A stretch of 64,000 nucleotides of DNA from a virus: IMG/VR virus record IMGVR_UViG_3300005805_000047, positions 86,898 to 150,897 of that record. The stretch is one strand, 5' to 3'. Position numbers and translations under genes: made by a program. The first letter of the stretch is position 1. Each line of letters begins with the position of its first letter. Positions 29,004-39,603 of the stretch are shown here, piece by piece. The notes under the pieces were generated by a model. The model searched no databases, was not told the DNA's origin, and saw only the letters and a list, made by a program, of their open reading frames with translations.

Positions 29004-29241
29004 CCCAATCAAGATAGTGCATCCACCTCTTCTGGCGCGTCAGTATTCACGTATGTCGTGACGAAGTGCCCGGTGTTGAGTTCAAACTTCCTAACTGTCG
29101 TTGAGTATTCAGAGCGCTTCGAGTAAATGTCTTTTGCCGGTGGCTCTTCGATTTGGGCAATAACGGCAGCGACAAGCGCATCGCGCTCAGTTTGATCCAA
29201 CATCTTGTCGGTCACGAACTCAACACTGATGATGTATTTGC

Positions 29242-29556
29242 TCATACTTTGACCGTTGTTTCTACTAGGTCAATGAGTGCGCCAACGAGTTGTTCGTTGT
29301 CCGTGACCTCGTGCGAATTGAGTGAACGAATGTGAGTGTTGAAGTATTGACCAGCACTGTCGGCGAACATCAGACCGACATAGGTCGAAGTCTTGACGAC
29401 TGGGTAGAAGTAGGTTCGCCCCGAAGTGAAGCGAATGAAAAGGTCTCCCTGTTCGTGATCGGAGGACTCATGGACGCAGAATACTGCTGACTCGAGTGCC
29501 TCGCTCTCAAACTTGGTGAGTATGTATGGCTTTGTGGTGTAGTGGTGGTGTCTCAT
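29242..29556 (-). CDS. KTSC-domain protein
   Basis: LFIRFTSGRTYFY..V...SAGQYFN..IR. Confidence 0.78.
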   Translation of the reverse strand: MRHHHYTTKPYILTKFESEALESAVFCVHESSDHEQGDLFIRFTSGRTYFYPVVKTSTYVGLMFADSAGQYFNTHIRSLNSHEVTDNEQLVGALIDLVETTVKV

Positions 29557-29633
29557 ACCAATAACAATAAGTGGATCGAATCCTTCGGCGCGTCGTGGTG
29601 CGCTCAAAGATGGTGGGCCTCTATGGTGAAGGT

Positions 29634-29903
29634 ATGAGAACATATGAACACATAACAGAAGAGACAGAAGGTTGTTGGGTATGCCGTTGTGGCAACACCC
29701 CGGAACATGACGGCTTCCATACGTCATCTAGCGAAGGACTCGCTCAATCGCCCTACATCGAGGGACCTTGGGACGATATCCACTGGCTCTGTGGTCGCTG
29801 CTTTCGAATTATTGACGGAAACACCCTTGAAGTAAAAGGTGTTGCAAGTGAGGCAAATGCCTTTGAGAGCGTCAAGCTTTGGCGCGAGAACCTCGACTGG
29901 TAA
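29634..29903 (+). CDS. Small Zn-binding protein (leaderless)
   Basis: CRCGN...CGRC. Confidence 0.65.
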   Translation: MRTYEHITEETEGCWVCRCGNTPEHDGFHTSSSEGLAQSPYIEGPWDDIHWLCGRCFRIIDGNTLEVKGVASEANAFESVKLWRENLDW

Positions 29904-30153
29904 TAGGGCCTAGAACAAGTTGCCCTGAGAATCGTCTACGGGTTTGTAGTCGACGCACACCTTATGGGCGAAGCGCCACGTGCGCTCAGTCTGTTTGACG
30001 AACTTGCTCTTTATCACCCAGCCGGTGACAAGTTCTGCCGTTGATTCACCCTTTGGATCGACGGCGTGATCGCAGAATACACATTTGTATTGCTCGTACA
30101 TTCCTGTCATCTTAGCAACGCGCTGACGGATGGGTGTTCCATACACTGTTCTT

Positions 30154-30399
30154 ATGACCAACACCATGAGAACCACTGCTGGGAACCTTCGCGCCGGCGA
30201 CAAGGTAGTCATCAATAACCAAGTTATGACCGTAAAATTTGTTTCGTTCACACAGGCCCGTGTCGATAAGCGAGCCATGTCAATGATGATTAGTGGGCGA
30301 GACTTGCAGCCCGTAGTCAGTGTGGACTTTCTAAATGCTCAAGGGCGGCTTGTTTCGCACGAGTTTGATCAGATGGAATCAATCACCATTCAAGGTTGA
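30154..30399 (+). CDS. Hypothetical protein (leaderless)
   Basis: ATG 34 nt after motif at 30120. Confidence 0.65.
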   Translation: MTNTMRTTAGNLRAGDKVVINNQVMTVKFVSFTQARVDKRAMSMMISGRDLQPVVSVDFLNAQGRLVSHEFDQMESITIQG

Positions 30400-30435
30400 T
30401 GACCACCACCTTGTCGAAGAAGTCATTTACGCCTA

Positions 30436-31347
30436 TCACAGTCCTACTGAGTTTACCCCGTACTCTGCTTGCGACTGAGTGAATCCCTCAAAGATGAGTT
30501 GAGAGATGAGTCCAGATCGAGAAAACGACATTGACTTCAGGTAACTCGTAGCGACTCTTGATGCTTGAGCATTCCAATCGGCATTTTGGGCATCAACACC
30601 GTACGTAGCATCTGCATTTGAGAATCCCTCAAACTCAAGTTGCTTGATTAGTCCAGAACGAGAGAACCCCATAAACCGTAAATAGTCAGATGCGGACTTG
30701 ACTGCCTGCGATCTACTATTCGTGACATAAGTAGTAGTTGTAGTTGTTCGGGCAATGGTGGTTGTGGTCGTGGCAATAGTGGTTGTGGTTGCGCCAGGCT
30801 GCGATGAAACAACCGTGGTTGAGGTTGCCACACTGCTATTGGTCGTAGAAAATCCGTAAAGAATCCAACCGGACTCCGAGAACACCCCTATCCCATGAGC
30901 ATTTGTGGCCGCAACCCTGAACCGAAACGAGTTATTGGCAGGGTTGGCATCGGTCACATTTAGCGAATACTGATTGGGTGGTACATCAGCTATAAAAGTC
31001 CACGGCGTATTAACCATCATGTACTCGACTCTGTATCCGGTGATGGGACTTGATCCAGCATCGTACGGGAAGCCCCAGTTCACCGAAATACCGATAGATG
31101 AACCTAGGTAAATTCCGGTAGTGGTTTTATACAGTGCACCCGGAGTTCTTTTGACTGGTGCGGCGACTTGAGATACCCAAATACGTTTACCCTTGACAGT
31201 CTTGCAAACAAGTGGCTTTCTTTGAGTGCCGCTTATTGCTCCAATCTTTGAGCATGACTTATTAATGCTTGCCTGAGCCGGCGCGCCCATCACCATGACA
31301 AGCACCAAGACAGCCAATCCAGCGGCAAGTTTTTTCACAATAGACAT
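30436..31347 (-). CDS. Exported FN3 + Ltp-like (superinfection-exclusion type) repeat protein
   Basis: Signal peptide (AQA), FN3 motifs, Thr linker, two A..YL....FSRSGLI.QL.FEGF....A.YGV repeats. Confidence 0.8.
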   Translation of the reverse strand: MSIVKKLAAGLAVLVLVMVMGAPAQASINKSCSKIGAISGTQRKPLVCKTVKGKRIWVSQVAAPVKRTPGALYKTTTGIYLGSSIGISVNWGFPYDAGSSPITGYRVEYMMVNTPWTFIADVPPNQYSLNVTDANPANNSFRFRVAATNAHGIGVFSESGWILYGFSTTNSSVATSTTVVSSQPGATTTTIATTTTTIARTTTTTTYVTNSRSQAVKSASDYLRFMGFSRSGLIKQLEFEGFSNADATYGVDAQNADWNAQASRVATSYLKSMSFSRSGLISQLIFEGFTQSQAEYGVNSVGL

Positions 31348-31554
31348 GATAACTAGTTTTTTGGTGCTTCTGAATTCACGATTCCACGTATGTCGAGCAG
31401 TATGTCCTGCATTTCTATTGCCGACACGAGCTCTCGCTTTGAGATCAACGACAGGGCATTGTCCACGAGTGTAAGTATCTGGAGTTTGTAGAACTCAACA
31501 TCTACTTCTTCCTGAGAAGTTGCTGCGACTGCATCTTTGGTCATGTCCACCATT

Positions 31555-31827
31555 TTACTTGTAGAACTCATCTTTCAGTTCTCGTGCGAATGAGAGAGCG
31601 TCGTCAGCAGTGTTCTTGTATCCATCCAACTGCGACTTTGCGAACTTGAATGCAACCCAGCCACCGAGAATGACGAGGGCAAGGAAAATTCGACCCCAAC
31701 CAATGAAGCCCAACACCTTGAACACAGCACCGAAAATAATGCTAGGTGCGAACATTACAACGATGACTGCCGTTGCTACAGGGTGAGACTTTGCCCACTG
31801 AATGATATTGCTCATGGTGTTTTTCAT
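31555..31827 (-). CDS. Membrane protein (leaderless)
   Basis: Two TM helices; motif at 31861. Confidence 0.65.
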   Translation of the reverse strand: MKNTMSNIIQWAKSHPVATAVIVVMFAPSIIFGAVFKVLGFIGWGRIFLALVILGGWVAFKFAKSQLDGYKNTADDALSFARELKDEFYK

Positions 31828-31864
31828 ACTCCAAACTTAGAGGGACATCATTCGTCGGCGCATT

Positions 31865-32191
31865 TCACTTCTCGCAAGCCTCGTAAACGTATTCATTGCC
31901 ATCTTCTGCGACGGTAAGAGAGAGATCGCACTTGTCTGACGAGGGCAGATAGATGAACTGTCCCGGCATGAGTGTCGGGCCATAGAACTTGACTACGTCG
32001 CTTGCGGCATTCTCGATATTGCCTTCACAATACTTCTCGAGATAGCCCCAATAGGTATCACCCGACTCCACCCTGATTGCTTCGCTTTGACACCTGTATG
32101 CCTCGCCATTGGCATAACCCCTGATCACAAGCGACAGCAATAAACCAACTGCCACTCCGATAAGTACGTAAATGAACTTCCTGTTTCTCAT
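31865..32191 (-). CDS. Membrane-anchored LysM-like protein
   Basis: TM helix then V.SGDTYW...L.PGQ.I.LP. Confidence 0.7.
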   Translation of the reverse strand: MRNRKFIYVLIGVAVGLLLSLVIRGYANGEAYRCQSEAIRVESGDTYWGYLEKYCEGNIENAASDVVKFYGPTLMPGQFIYLPSSDKCDLSLTVAEDGNEYVYEACEK

Positions 32192-32918
32192 AACCCTCCT
32201 GCTTGGTAGTACGGTTGCGAACGGAGAAGTTTGAGGAGGCTGTTCGCCATACCCCAATTCATCTCATAACGGTAGTTTGAGTAGTCGCGAGCGATACTCA
32301 GCATTGCTGCCGAAACGCGTGAGCAGTCGCGCGAAGCCATGAGCCGGCCAACCTCTCGTCGCATTTCGTCTTGTGTCATACCTCTACCGTACAGAGACAT
32401 AATCCTCTAACGCATCGGTCTCTTCCGGGATCGTCGAGCAGAAAATGTAGACATTTTCATCTGGGTCAAGAGAAGTAACTTCCAGATACGAGACGGTTCC
32501 GTCTCCGGCGACACCGTGTTTTTTTGAGAGCTGCACAGACCACGAAACGGCATCTTCGAGTTTGTGAAACTCGTTTTTCATTACCGTGACGAGCTTCTCG
32601 TTGCCATGATCGTACGTTCCGACCACCAGGTATTTGGGATCTGTCATTGGCTTACTTGACACCCATTCGCTGCTCAAAGCGTTTTGCCCAATCGCCGTTA
32701 GGCCCGAACTCTGCCATGATTTCTCGGTAGCCCATTGCCACGAGAGCGAATACATGGAAAGCGAGGATTCCAAGTGCCCACACCCATGCCAGCAAAAGGC
32801 TTTCGATAATTGACACCCCGACACCGATGGCGAGCGAACTCGCTATTGACGAAGTGATTGCGTATTTGATGTATTTGTTCATGTGTTCAGTATGCCCTTT
32901 CGTCATTTGTCGGCGCAC

Positions 32919-33344
32919 TTAGGCATTGACCTTGTTGATAATCGGAACAATTGAGTCAGCAAATACGTAGTCCTTGCCGTCGGACTTACCTTTTGCGACA
33001 ATCTTGTTTTTGCCACGAGAGCGAATACCAGCGAACACATACTCCTTGCCAGCAGAAGTGAACTTCGTGCCGAGTTTCGCTGTGAGTTCAACTCGATCGT
33101 CAAGGCTCTTGCCCAGCCAAGCCGTGTATCCGAATCGCTGATACATAATCGCTTCTGCTGAGTTTAGGTTTACACCATTCTCATCAAGCTGCTGGCTCAC
33201 GGCAGTAATGCTCAACCCATATGAGTCGCCATACTTTGAGTTGAACTTTGTTGCCTTCAAGCCATGCTTTTCGAGGATCGGCAAAATGGCTTCCTGTATC
33301 TCTTTGGATACCTTCTGAGTGAGTTCTCTGCTTACTGCTTCCAT
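32919..33344 (-). CDS. Hypothetical protein
   Basis: GGAGG RBS; motif at about 33397. Confidence 0.65.
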   Translation of the reverse strand: MEAVSRELTQKVSKEIQEAILPILEKHGLKATKFNSKYGDSYGLSITAVSQQLDENGVNLNSAEAIMYQRFGYTAWLGKSLDDRVELTAKLGTKFTSAGKEYVFAGIRSRGKNKIVAKGKSDGKDYVFADSIVPIINKVNA

Positions 33345-33614
33345 GTCCCCTCCTTGTGGGTTCACTTCTAGATTATGGTTTCGGAATCCTTTGGCGCGTT
33401 ATTCGACTTCGGAACAACACGCCTTACAGCAGAGTCCCCAAATCGTTTCGCCGGTGTCGTCTGTCCCTACTTCCATGTACGTGGTGAACGCTTCACAGCA
33501 GAGGGATAGGTCGGTGTCGTTAATCATTTGCTCCATAACCAAATAGTAGGGGGCAGTCATTCATGGACGCACCCGATCGTGCGCCGAAGGATGAAGGCCC
33601 GTCATAGTGAAGGT

Positions 33615-33944
33615 ATGACAACAGCACTTGACCACAGTTCATACACAAAGGGCGCACTCGTCACATGGAGGCTTCTCGCTGACAGCGAGGGCACTCGTGG
33701 GGCAAAGGGTGGCCTCAAGCAATACATCGTCAGGGTCGAACTGACCACTGACGGCAAGTTCATCGTGACAAAGCATTGGGGTAAGGCTGACGGTCAACGC
33801 CTCAGCGAACTTGCTTCCTCGCGAGTAGCCACCTACTCCGACTTCCCAAATGCTCGTGCCCGAGCGAACATGGTCGCACGTGAAAAGACCGACGGCAAGT
33901 ATTGGACCGACTACCACAACACGGTAGAGTTGGTACCAGCATGA
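33615..33944 (+). CDS. WGR-like domain protein (leaderless)
   Basis: K.Y...V...WGK...A......EK...KY pattern. Confidence 0.6.
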   Translation: MTTALDHSSYTKGALVTWRLLADSEGTRGAKGGLKQYIVRVELTTDGKFIVTKHWGKADGQRLSELASSRVATYSDFPNARARANMVAREKTDGKYWTDYHNTVELVPA

Positions 33945-34961
33945 GTATCACCCCCGATCAGTGGAAAGAGTTTTGGCTCGATCCGCTGCGGGCCGTAGCC
34001 GATGGCACAGAGCCACCGAGCGACGACATTGATTCCGGATTGGCAGGATTCACCCTGGACGGGATTGCAGCCACGATGGATATCGACGGCGAACTCGCCA
34101 ACGATTGGGAGTGTGTGGAAATGATTTGGGAACTCATTGAAACGGCACGTCTCGCGTCGTTGAAACTTGAACGCGCCGAAGGATGACGGTCAGGCAAACT
34201 TTTCTTATGCGAAACACACTCAAACAAGTAACCGTTACATTCGCCATTCCCGGAGATTGGGACGCCGAAGACTTCATCATGGAGTTGGCAGGCGCATATG
34301 ACGATGCCAATCGAGAAGCAGCAGAACAAGTGGAATACACCGTGGACAGCGTCTTGACCGTGGATGTCAAACAATGAACCTCAAGGACGCCACAAACATT
34401 CCAGAACTTACTCGTCGCTCGAAGCTCGTGTGGGCTGACGTATGCGAGTTCCACTACGACCATTCAGCAATGGATAGCGGCTCGTGCCGGGAGTGTGCAG
34501 ACGATTTACACGAGGCAGAGATCTGGGCAAGGCCCTAGAATGAAAACCATCAACTCAAACCCGAGGAGGGCGAAATGAATACCATAAAGAGAGCCGTCTA
34601 CCATTGTTTATGGGCATTGTCCGTGTGGGCAGATGCCAAGTCGATGGAGATACTTGTTGACCTGAGCGCCAACGATCCGATGTACATCGATGGCAGATAC
34701 AAGAACGAAATGACGACGCGGCTTGTCGCAGGCCACTCGCGTGGATTTACCCAACAATGAAAGTCGAATGCATCGTTTCGCGTCTCGTAATTGTTGATGT
34801 CCCGGAAGGGTCGGGAGATGCAGTTATTGAGGCAACGGCCAAGAATGAATTCTTTGGCCAAGTCACCGATCTGAACCCAGAGAAGCTTGACGTCGAGATA
34901 ATTGACTGGCTTGACGAGGTCTAAACTGCGCCCACGAATGATGCCTTGTTAAGGTTTCGGT

Positions 34962-35321
34962 ATGGGAACAAACAGAGTTGACACCAACGGCTACTTCATC
35001 CCCGTCACGGGCGACATTCGCAAGCACGAGCAGGATCGCATGACAGAAGTCGGCGAACTTATCGGTGCTCGAACTGGCTTCTTTGACATCGTCTACGGCG
35101 AGATTGACGGCAAGGTTTTCCTCCTTTGGGTGGACGACACTGGCCTTATTGACGGACGACCAATCAACCCGTTGGCAAGCATGATCGCAGGACGCCCCCT
35201 GTTCGGCGATGTGTTTGTCACGGGCAACGAAGATGAGGATGGTTGGGTTCAGGATCTGGACTACGAGTCCTTTGATAAGTGGTTCGCAGATCGCCTTTAC
35301 ATGGCCCTAACCAGCGACTAG
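34962..35321 (+). CDS. DUF3846-like protein (leaderless)
   Basis: LWVDDTG....PIN.LAS.....L.GDV. Confidence 0.7.
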   Translation: MGTNRVDTNGYFIPVTGDIRKHEQDRMTEVGELIGARTGFFDIVYGEIDGKVFLLWVDDTGLIDGRPINPLASMIAGRPLFGDVFVTGNEDEDGWVQDLDYESFDKWFADRLYMALTSD

Positions 35322-35588
35322 GAGTGCTAATCTCGTCTCGATGCAGCACCCACTAGTCGAGCAGAACTTTCGACCTTTCACTTCACTTCTGGATTCCGGA
35401 TACACAGTCTTGGTAGAAATTGGAGATCTAGTCCAAGACAAGCAGGTGTGGCCAGAACAAGTACTACGAGTAACCGTTACGTTGCCCGATGGCGACATCA
35501 AGTGGAAAATCTTTCGGGGCGTCAAGTCTCGATCGCAAGCAAACCAGTGGTTGGGTGAAATTACGGCTGGCGCGATTCGAGCGATCTA

Positions 35589-36230
35589 ATGCTCATACTT
35601 GACTTTTTTGCCGGCACCAAGTCATCAACCCAGGCCTTTCGTGACGCCGGGCATACCGTGATTACATTTGAACTCGACCCGTCGTTTGAGCCAGATCATG
35701 CAATTGACATCATGGACGTGACCCCAGAATGGATACTCAGCAAATACGGAACCCCAGACTTCATCTGGGCCTCTCCACCATGCACAGCCTTCAGTGTTGC
35801 CTCAATGGGTCATCATTGGGCGACGGGCGGTCTTGATCCGACTCCCAAGACGAAAGCTGCCTCATACAACCAAGAGCTTGTCTGGCAAACCCGGCGAATC
35901 ATCGAGAGACTTAGTCCCACTTACGGATTTTTGATCGAGAACCCTCGTGGGATGTTGCGTAAGTTGCCCCCAGTGAAAGGACTTGAACGTCGAACTGTTA
36001 CGTACTGCCAATACGGAGACAGTCGAATGAAGCCGACAGATCTCTGGGGCTGGGTCGCCGGGTGGACTCCCAAGCCGCCATGCAAGAATGGGGATACGTG
36101 TCATACGCCGGCTCCACGTGGATCAAGAACCGGCACTCAGGGCCTTGCTGGCGCGAAGGAACGATCGAGAGTCCCGTATGGCATTGGTGTCGAGCTTCTG
36201 GCTGCCATTGAGGCGCACATCAAGCTTTAG
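35589..36230 (+). CDS. Short C5-cytosine DNA methyltransferase
   Basis: DFFAG, ASPPC, IENP motifs. Confidence 0.85.
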   Translation: MLILDFFAGTKSSTQAFRDAGHTVITFELDPSFEPDHAIDIMDVTPEWILSKYGTPDFIWASPPCTAFSVASMGHHWATGGLDPTPKTKAASYNQELVWQTRRIIERLSPTYGFLIENPRGMLRKLPPVKGLERRTVTYCQYGDSRMKPTDLWGWVAGWTPKPPCKNGDTCHTPAPRGSRTGTQGLAGAKERSRVPYGIGVELLAAIEAHIKL

Positions 36231-36813
36231 ATGCCGGGCCCCGCAGGTTACTTGTCGAGCATGGTCTTGCGACCAAGAAGGAGGCCTCGAGAGCAAACTC
36301 GAAGCCCGGCACTAACAATCGTACAGTGCCAATAACCCGATGTGGGTGAACCTACTTGTTGGCGAGCCAGAAGAAGAACAGTGTCCCCACCACGACGAAT
36401 GCGACCATCGTCTGGCCCGGACTTAGGCTCATTCTTTGCCCCAACTCACGGGAGTTTTTGATCGCCTTGACGGGTGGCTTTGAATGTACTTCTGCATTGA
36501 TGGGTGATCCTTTGATGGCGCAATTCGACCTCTCAACACGGCAAGAAGTACTCGCCACTTATTGGGGCGCATCATTTGGTTGGGTGAAGTAATCACACCG
36601 AAACCTCGTACGGCACCACCAAGCCCAGCCAAGCATCGGCAATCTGTCGCGCTTGATCTTCGCTGATGCATGGTATTTCACGTCGAATGAAGTCGCTGCT
36701 GTCGCCGGTTGGGCTCTGAAACGTGAGCATGACTGCCCACTCGGTTGGTACGCCGTACTCAATCGTGGGTGAAAACACGACCTCAGCGTGGGCCAATGCC
36801 CCCTTGGGTCGCA

Positions 36814-37065
36814 TTACTTCTTGACCTTGCTTGCCGACTTCATCACATCAACTGGCTTCACTCCGAGTGCGCCACAGATACGAAAGAAGGTGTCCATCGA
36901 TGGCGAGAAGTGACCATTCTCGATACGGTTGATTGTCTTGCGATCAATCCCGGACTTGTTGGCCAACTTTTCCTGCGTGAGTTCTCGCTTTAAGCGAAGA
37001 TTCATCAGGTTTGCTGAGACATCCTGAGCGAAACGCTTGGATGCTTTGCTGACTTTGCTTTTCAT
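36814..37065 (-). CDS. XRE-family HTH regulator
   Basis: LTQEKLANKSGIDRKTINRIENG. Confidence 0.9.
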   Translation of the reverse strand: MKSKVSKASKRFAQDVSANLMNLRLKRELTQEKLANKSGIDRKTINRIENGHFSPSMDTFFRICGALGVKPVDVMKSASKVKK

Positions 37066-37471
37066 TGTTTCTCCTATTTGGTTGTTACTGGGATATCTGA
37101 CTTGGTATCAACTATCACCACGTCATCGTATTCTTGCTCTTCGTAGAACCTGGATATGACTCTAGCGGTCTTTAATGTGACGAGCCAATCTGTGACCTCG
37201 ACGCCGCCGACCCACACGGTGTATCGCGCGTCGTTTCGCAATCCGTTTTCGTCCATGACCCTCCTATGCCTCAAACTCGTTGAGCATACTAGCACCGATG
37301 CCGGCACTCCACACTTGGGCAGAGACAATCGTTCCCCAAGGCGTTTGCGTCCCCACAAAGGCATTTGCTTTGAGTTCTGCCTCGGCCTCAGTTGCTGCAA
37401 GCACTATTGAGTTGTTCTCCACACCATCCAAGTCAATGGTGGTGAGTCGAACCTCAAAGTCCATCATTCGG

Positions 37472-37720
37472 TTAAGCCGAAACCTTTGCGAACTCGTGGT
37501 TTGGCTTGACCAAAGTGGCAACAGCCGATCCGATTGAATCGCTGGCGAGCACTTTGCGAATAGTCGCAATGCTGACTGCCTTGTAGGCGTATGTGCCACC
37601 GTTGGTGAACGTGATGACGAGAGTTCCCGTCTTTTCGGCATCGTCATAGCGAGCCTCTACTGCTTCGTATCGAAGCGACTTGACTGCTGCTGAGTTGATT
37701 TCGGTGATGTTGATGTTCAC
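37472..37720 (-). CDS. KTSC-domain protein
   Basis: SAAVKSLRY...LVITFTNGGTYAY..V...SIG. Confidence 0.75.
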   Translation of the reverse strand: MNINITEINSAAVKSLRYEAVEARYDDAEKTGTLVITFTNGGTYAYKAVSIATIRKVLASDSIGSAVATLVKPNHEFAKVSA

Positions 37721-37896
37721 TTTGCCTCCTTATGGCTTCGTGGTAATAACAGTATGACTTGTCTGAATCCGTCAGCGCATCCGAGTTGGGTGACGCTTTC
37801 GGGCCAAAGCTCGCTCGTGGTCATTGTTTGTCTCCCAGATGAGAAGCGAGAAGGTAGCGAGAAATGTGATCACGGCTATCGCAATAAGTGTTCCCA

Positions 37897-38136
37897 TTAT
37901 TCGTAGTCCTCGTCTTCGTAGTCATCGTCAAGGTCGCGATCTGTCTCAAACCAACGCATGACGGTCAGTAGGAGAAAGTCGTAGTCCTTCGATGTCGCTT
38001 CGGCATGGAATGCCTCCCAATCGGAATCTGGCAAGCCAGCTCGGCGCATAATGCGCTTGACCCGACCAAGTATCGAGAAGGCGTTGCCGTCTTCGCCGAC
38101 AAGCGGCACGTTGATTTCTGGGTATTTGATGTCCAT
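37897..38136 (-). CDS. Conserved phage hypothetical protein (GEDGNAF type)
   Basis: L.GEDGNAF.ILG...A.S.DY..LL. Confidence 0.7.
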   Translation of the reverse strand: MDIKYPEINVPLVGEDGNAFSILGRVKRIMRRAGLPDSDWEAFHAEATSKDYDFLLLTVMRWFETDRDLDDDYEDEDYE

Positions 38137-38146
38137 GTCTCTCATA

Positions 38147-38446
38147 CTAGGCTGCCACCTTTTCTCGGCGCGTCTTTTTCGGCTTGTCCTTTTTCGGCTG
38201 GGTTGGCTGAACTTCGCAGATAACTCGCTTGCCATCGCAAGGGTTCATCAAACACTTTTTCGAGGTGTGAACTCCGAGGTAGTGAGTGCCACACTTGTCG
38301 CACTCGGTCCATTTGATCGGGCGACCAGTTTGCTTTTGGGTCATACGTATGCACCCATCGCAATAGGCGTCGTTGGCAGTCTGGCCACACACCTTGCAAA
38401 TGAGGTGAGAGCCGGGGAACGCTTCCAGTAGTGCTGTGATCTCCAT
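38147..38446 (-). CDS. Cys-rich Zn-finger protein (leaderless)
   Basis: Three CxxC pairs; motif at 38480. Confidence 0.6.
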   Translation of the reverse strand: MEITALLEAFPGSHLICKVCGQTANDAYCDGCIRMTQKQTGRPIKWTECDKCGTHYLGVHTSKKCLMNPCDGKRVICEVQPTQPKKDKPKKTRREKVAA

Positions 38447-38489
38447 ACCATCAGTGTGTCTGAGCTTCATCTGTCGGCGCGCCGAGGTT

Positions 38490-38523
38490 GCGCCGAAGGA
38501 TGATGGGTTGCCATACTGGTTCT
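38490..38523 (+). promoter_or_regulatory. Promoter motif exemplar (back-to-back with a minus-strand copy ending at 38480)
   Basis: GCGCCGAAGGATGATGGGTTGCCATACTGGTTCT-ATG. Confidence 0.8.
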
Positions 38524-38808
38524 ATGACAAACAAGACCAAGACCTATTTCGCCATGTTCACAGACGAAGGCAATGCCGAGGTTGCTCGACTTGCCGAACA
38601 AATGCTCGGAGAGTGGACTATTTGTGCCAGCGACATCAGCAGGGTCGTTCACACTTGGGAGCGATACGTTGAGAGCGAACACCCAGAGTTCTGCGCCAAG
38701 CATGGCGAATACTCCGACACGGCAGTCCGTGACGAACTGTATTCGTTCTTTGAGAATCGCTTGGGTCAGGCCAAGTTCACCAACCTCACCGAATCGACGC
38801 GCCGATAA
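38524..38808 (+). CDS. Hypothetical protein (leaderless)
   Basis: ATG 34 nt after motif. Confidence 0.7.
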   Translation: MTNKTKTYFAMFTDEGNAEVARLAEQMLGEWTICASDISRVVHTWERYVESEHPEFCAKHGEYSDTAVRDELYSFFENRLGQAKFTNLTESTRR

Positions 38809-38832
38809 ATGATGAAAGGACATACTGAATCT

Positions 38833-39144
38833 ATGACCACACTCACCGAAGCAATCAGCACCTCAAACCTTCAGACTTCACCGGAATATCGGTTGATCTG
38901 TCGTGGCCTCACGATCAACGTGAACGGTCACGATTTGCTCATCCATGATCTCGTCAAGCGCAGCGAGCGAGTAATCGGTGACTGCTTCGCCTCGTGGCTC
39001 GTGCTCGTCGAACGCGACAGCTCGCATCGCGATCCATGGGTCGTATGGTCCTTGATCGCCAGCCCCAACGGCTGGACGTTGGAGTCAGGCTCATACTGCA
39101 TGACCGAGGAAGAAGGTCGTAAGGCTTTCGCACTTCGCGCATAA
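38833..39144 (+). CDS. Hypothetical protein (leaderless)
   Basis: ATG 34 nt after motif at 38799. Confidence 0.7.
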   Translation: MTTLTEAISTSNLQTSPEYRLICRGLTINVNGHDLLIHDLVKRSERVIGDCFASWLVLVERDSSHRDPWVVWSLIASPNGWTLESGSYCMTEEEGRKAFALRA

Positions 39145-39204
39145 CGCGCCGATAGATGACCGTCGGACATACTTAAACAACACCAATGCCAGAGGAGGCA
39201 AAAC

Positions 39205-39603
39205 ATGGGAGATAGATACTGCGTCGGTTTCACAGCCGAGAGCAACAACAAAGAGCGCCGAGTGTGGCTCTATTCGCACTGGGGAGGCTCTGACCGTCAC
39301 ACAGAGATTGCACAAGCCATTGAAAAAGCCCGCCCACGTTGGTCGGATGATAGTTATTCGACCCGTATTGCCATCTCCACCATCGTTGGTGACTACTGGA
39401 AGGAAGAGACGGGTTTCGGCATTGAGGCTGGACCTCGTTGCACCACTCACACGGAGTATGCACCTCTATTGGTGAACTGGTCAGATCAAACCGTCACGGA
39501 ATTTAATGACTTGGGTTTTGATTTTGACAGCGAACCCCAAGTGGTTGCCGTCTATTCGTTCGACGACTTTCTATCGGGTCGCGTGTTTGAGGAGGTGAAG
39601 TAG
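39205..39603 (+). CDS. Conserved phage hypothetical protein (MGDR...LYSHWGG type)
   Basis: GAGGAGG RBS; YSHWGG...RW.D.SY..R. Confidence 0.72.
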   Translation: MGDRYCVGFTAESNNKERRVWLYSHWGGSDRHTEIAQAIEKARPRWSDDSYSTRIAISTIVGDYWKEETGFGIEAGPRCTTHTEYAPLLVNWSDQTVTEFNDLGFDFDSEPQVVAVYSFDDFLSGRVFEEVK

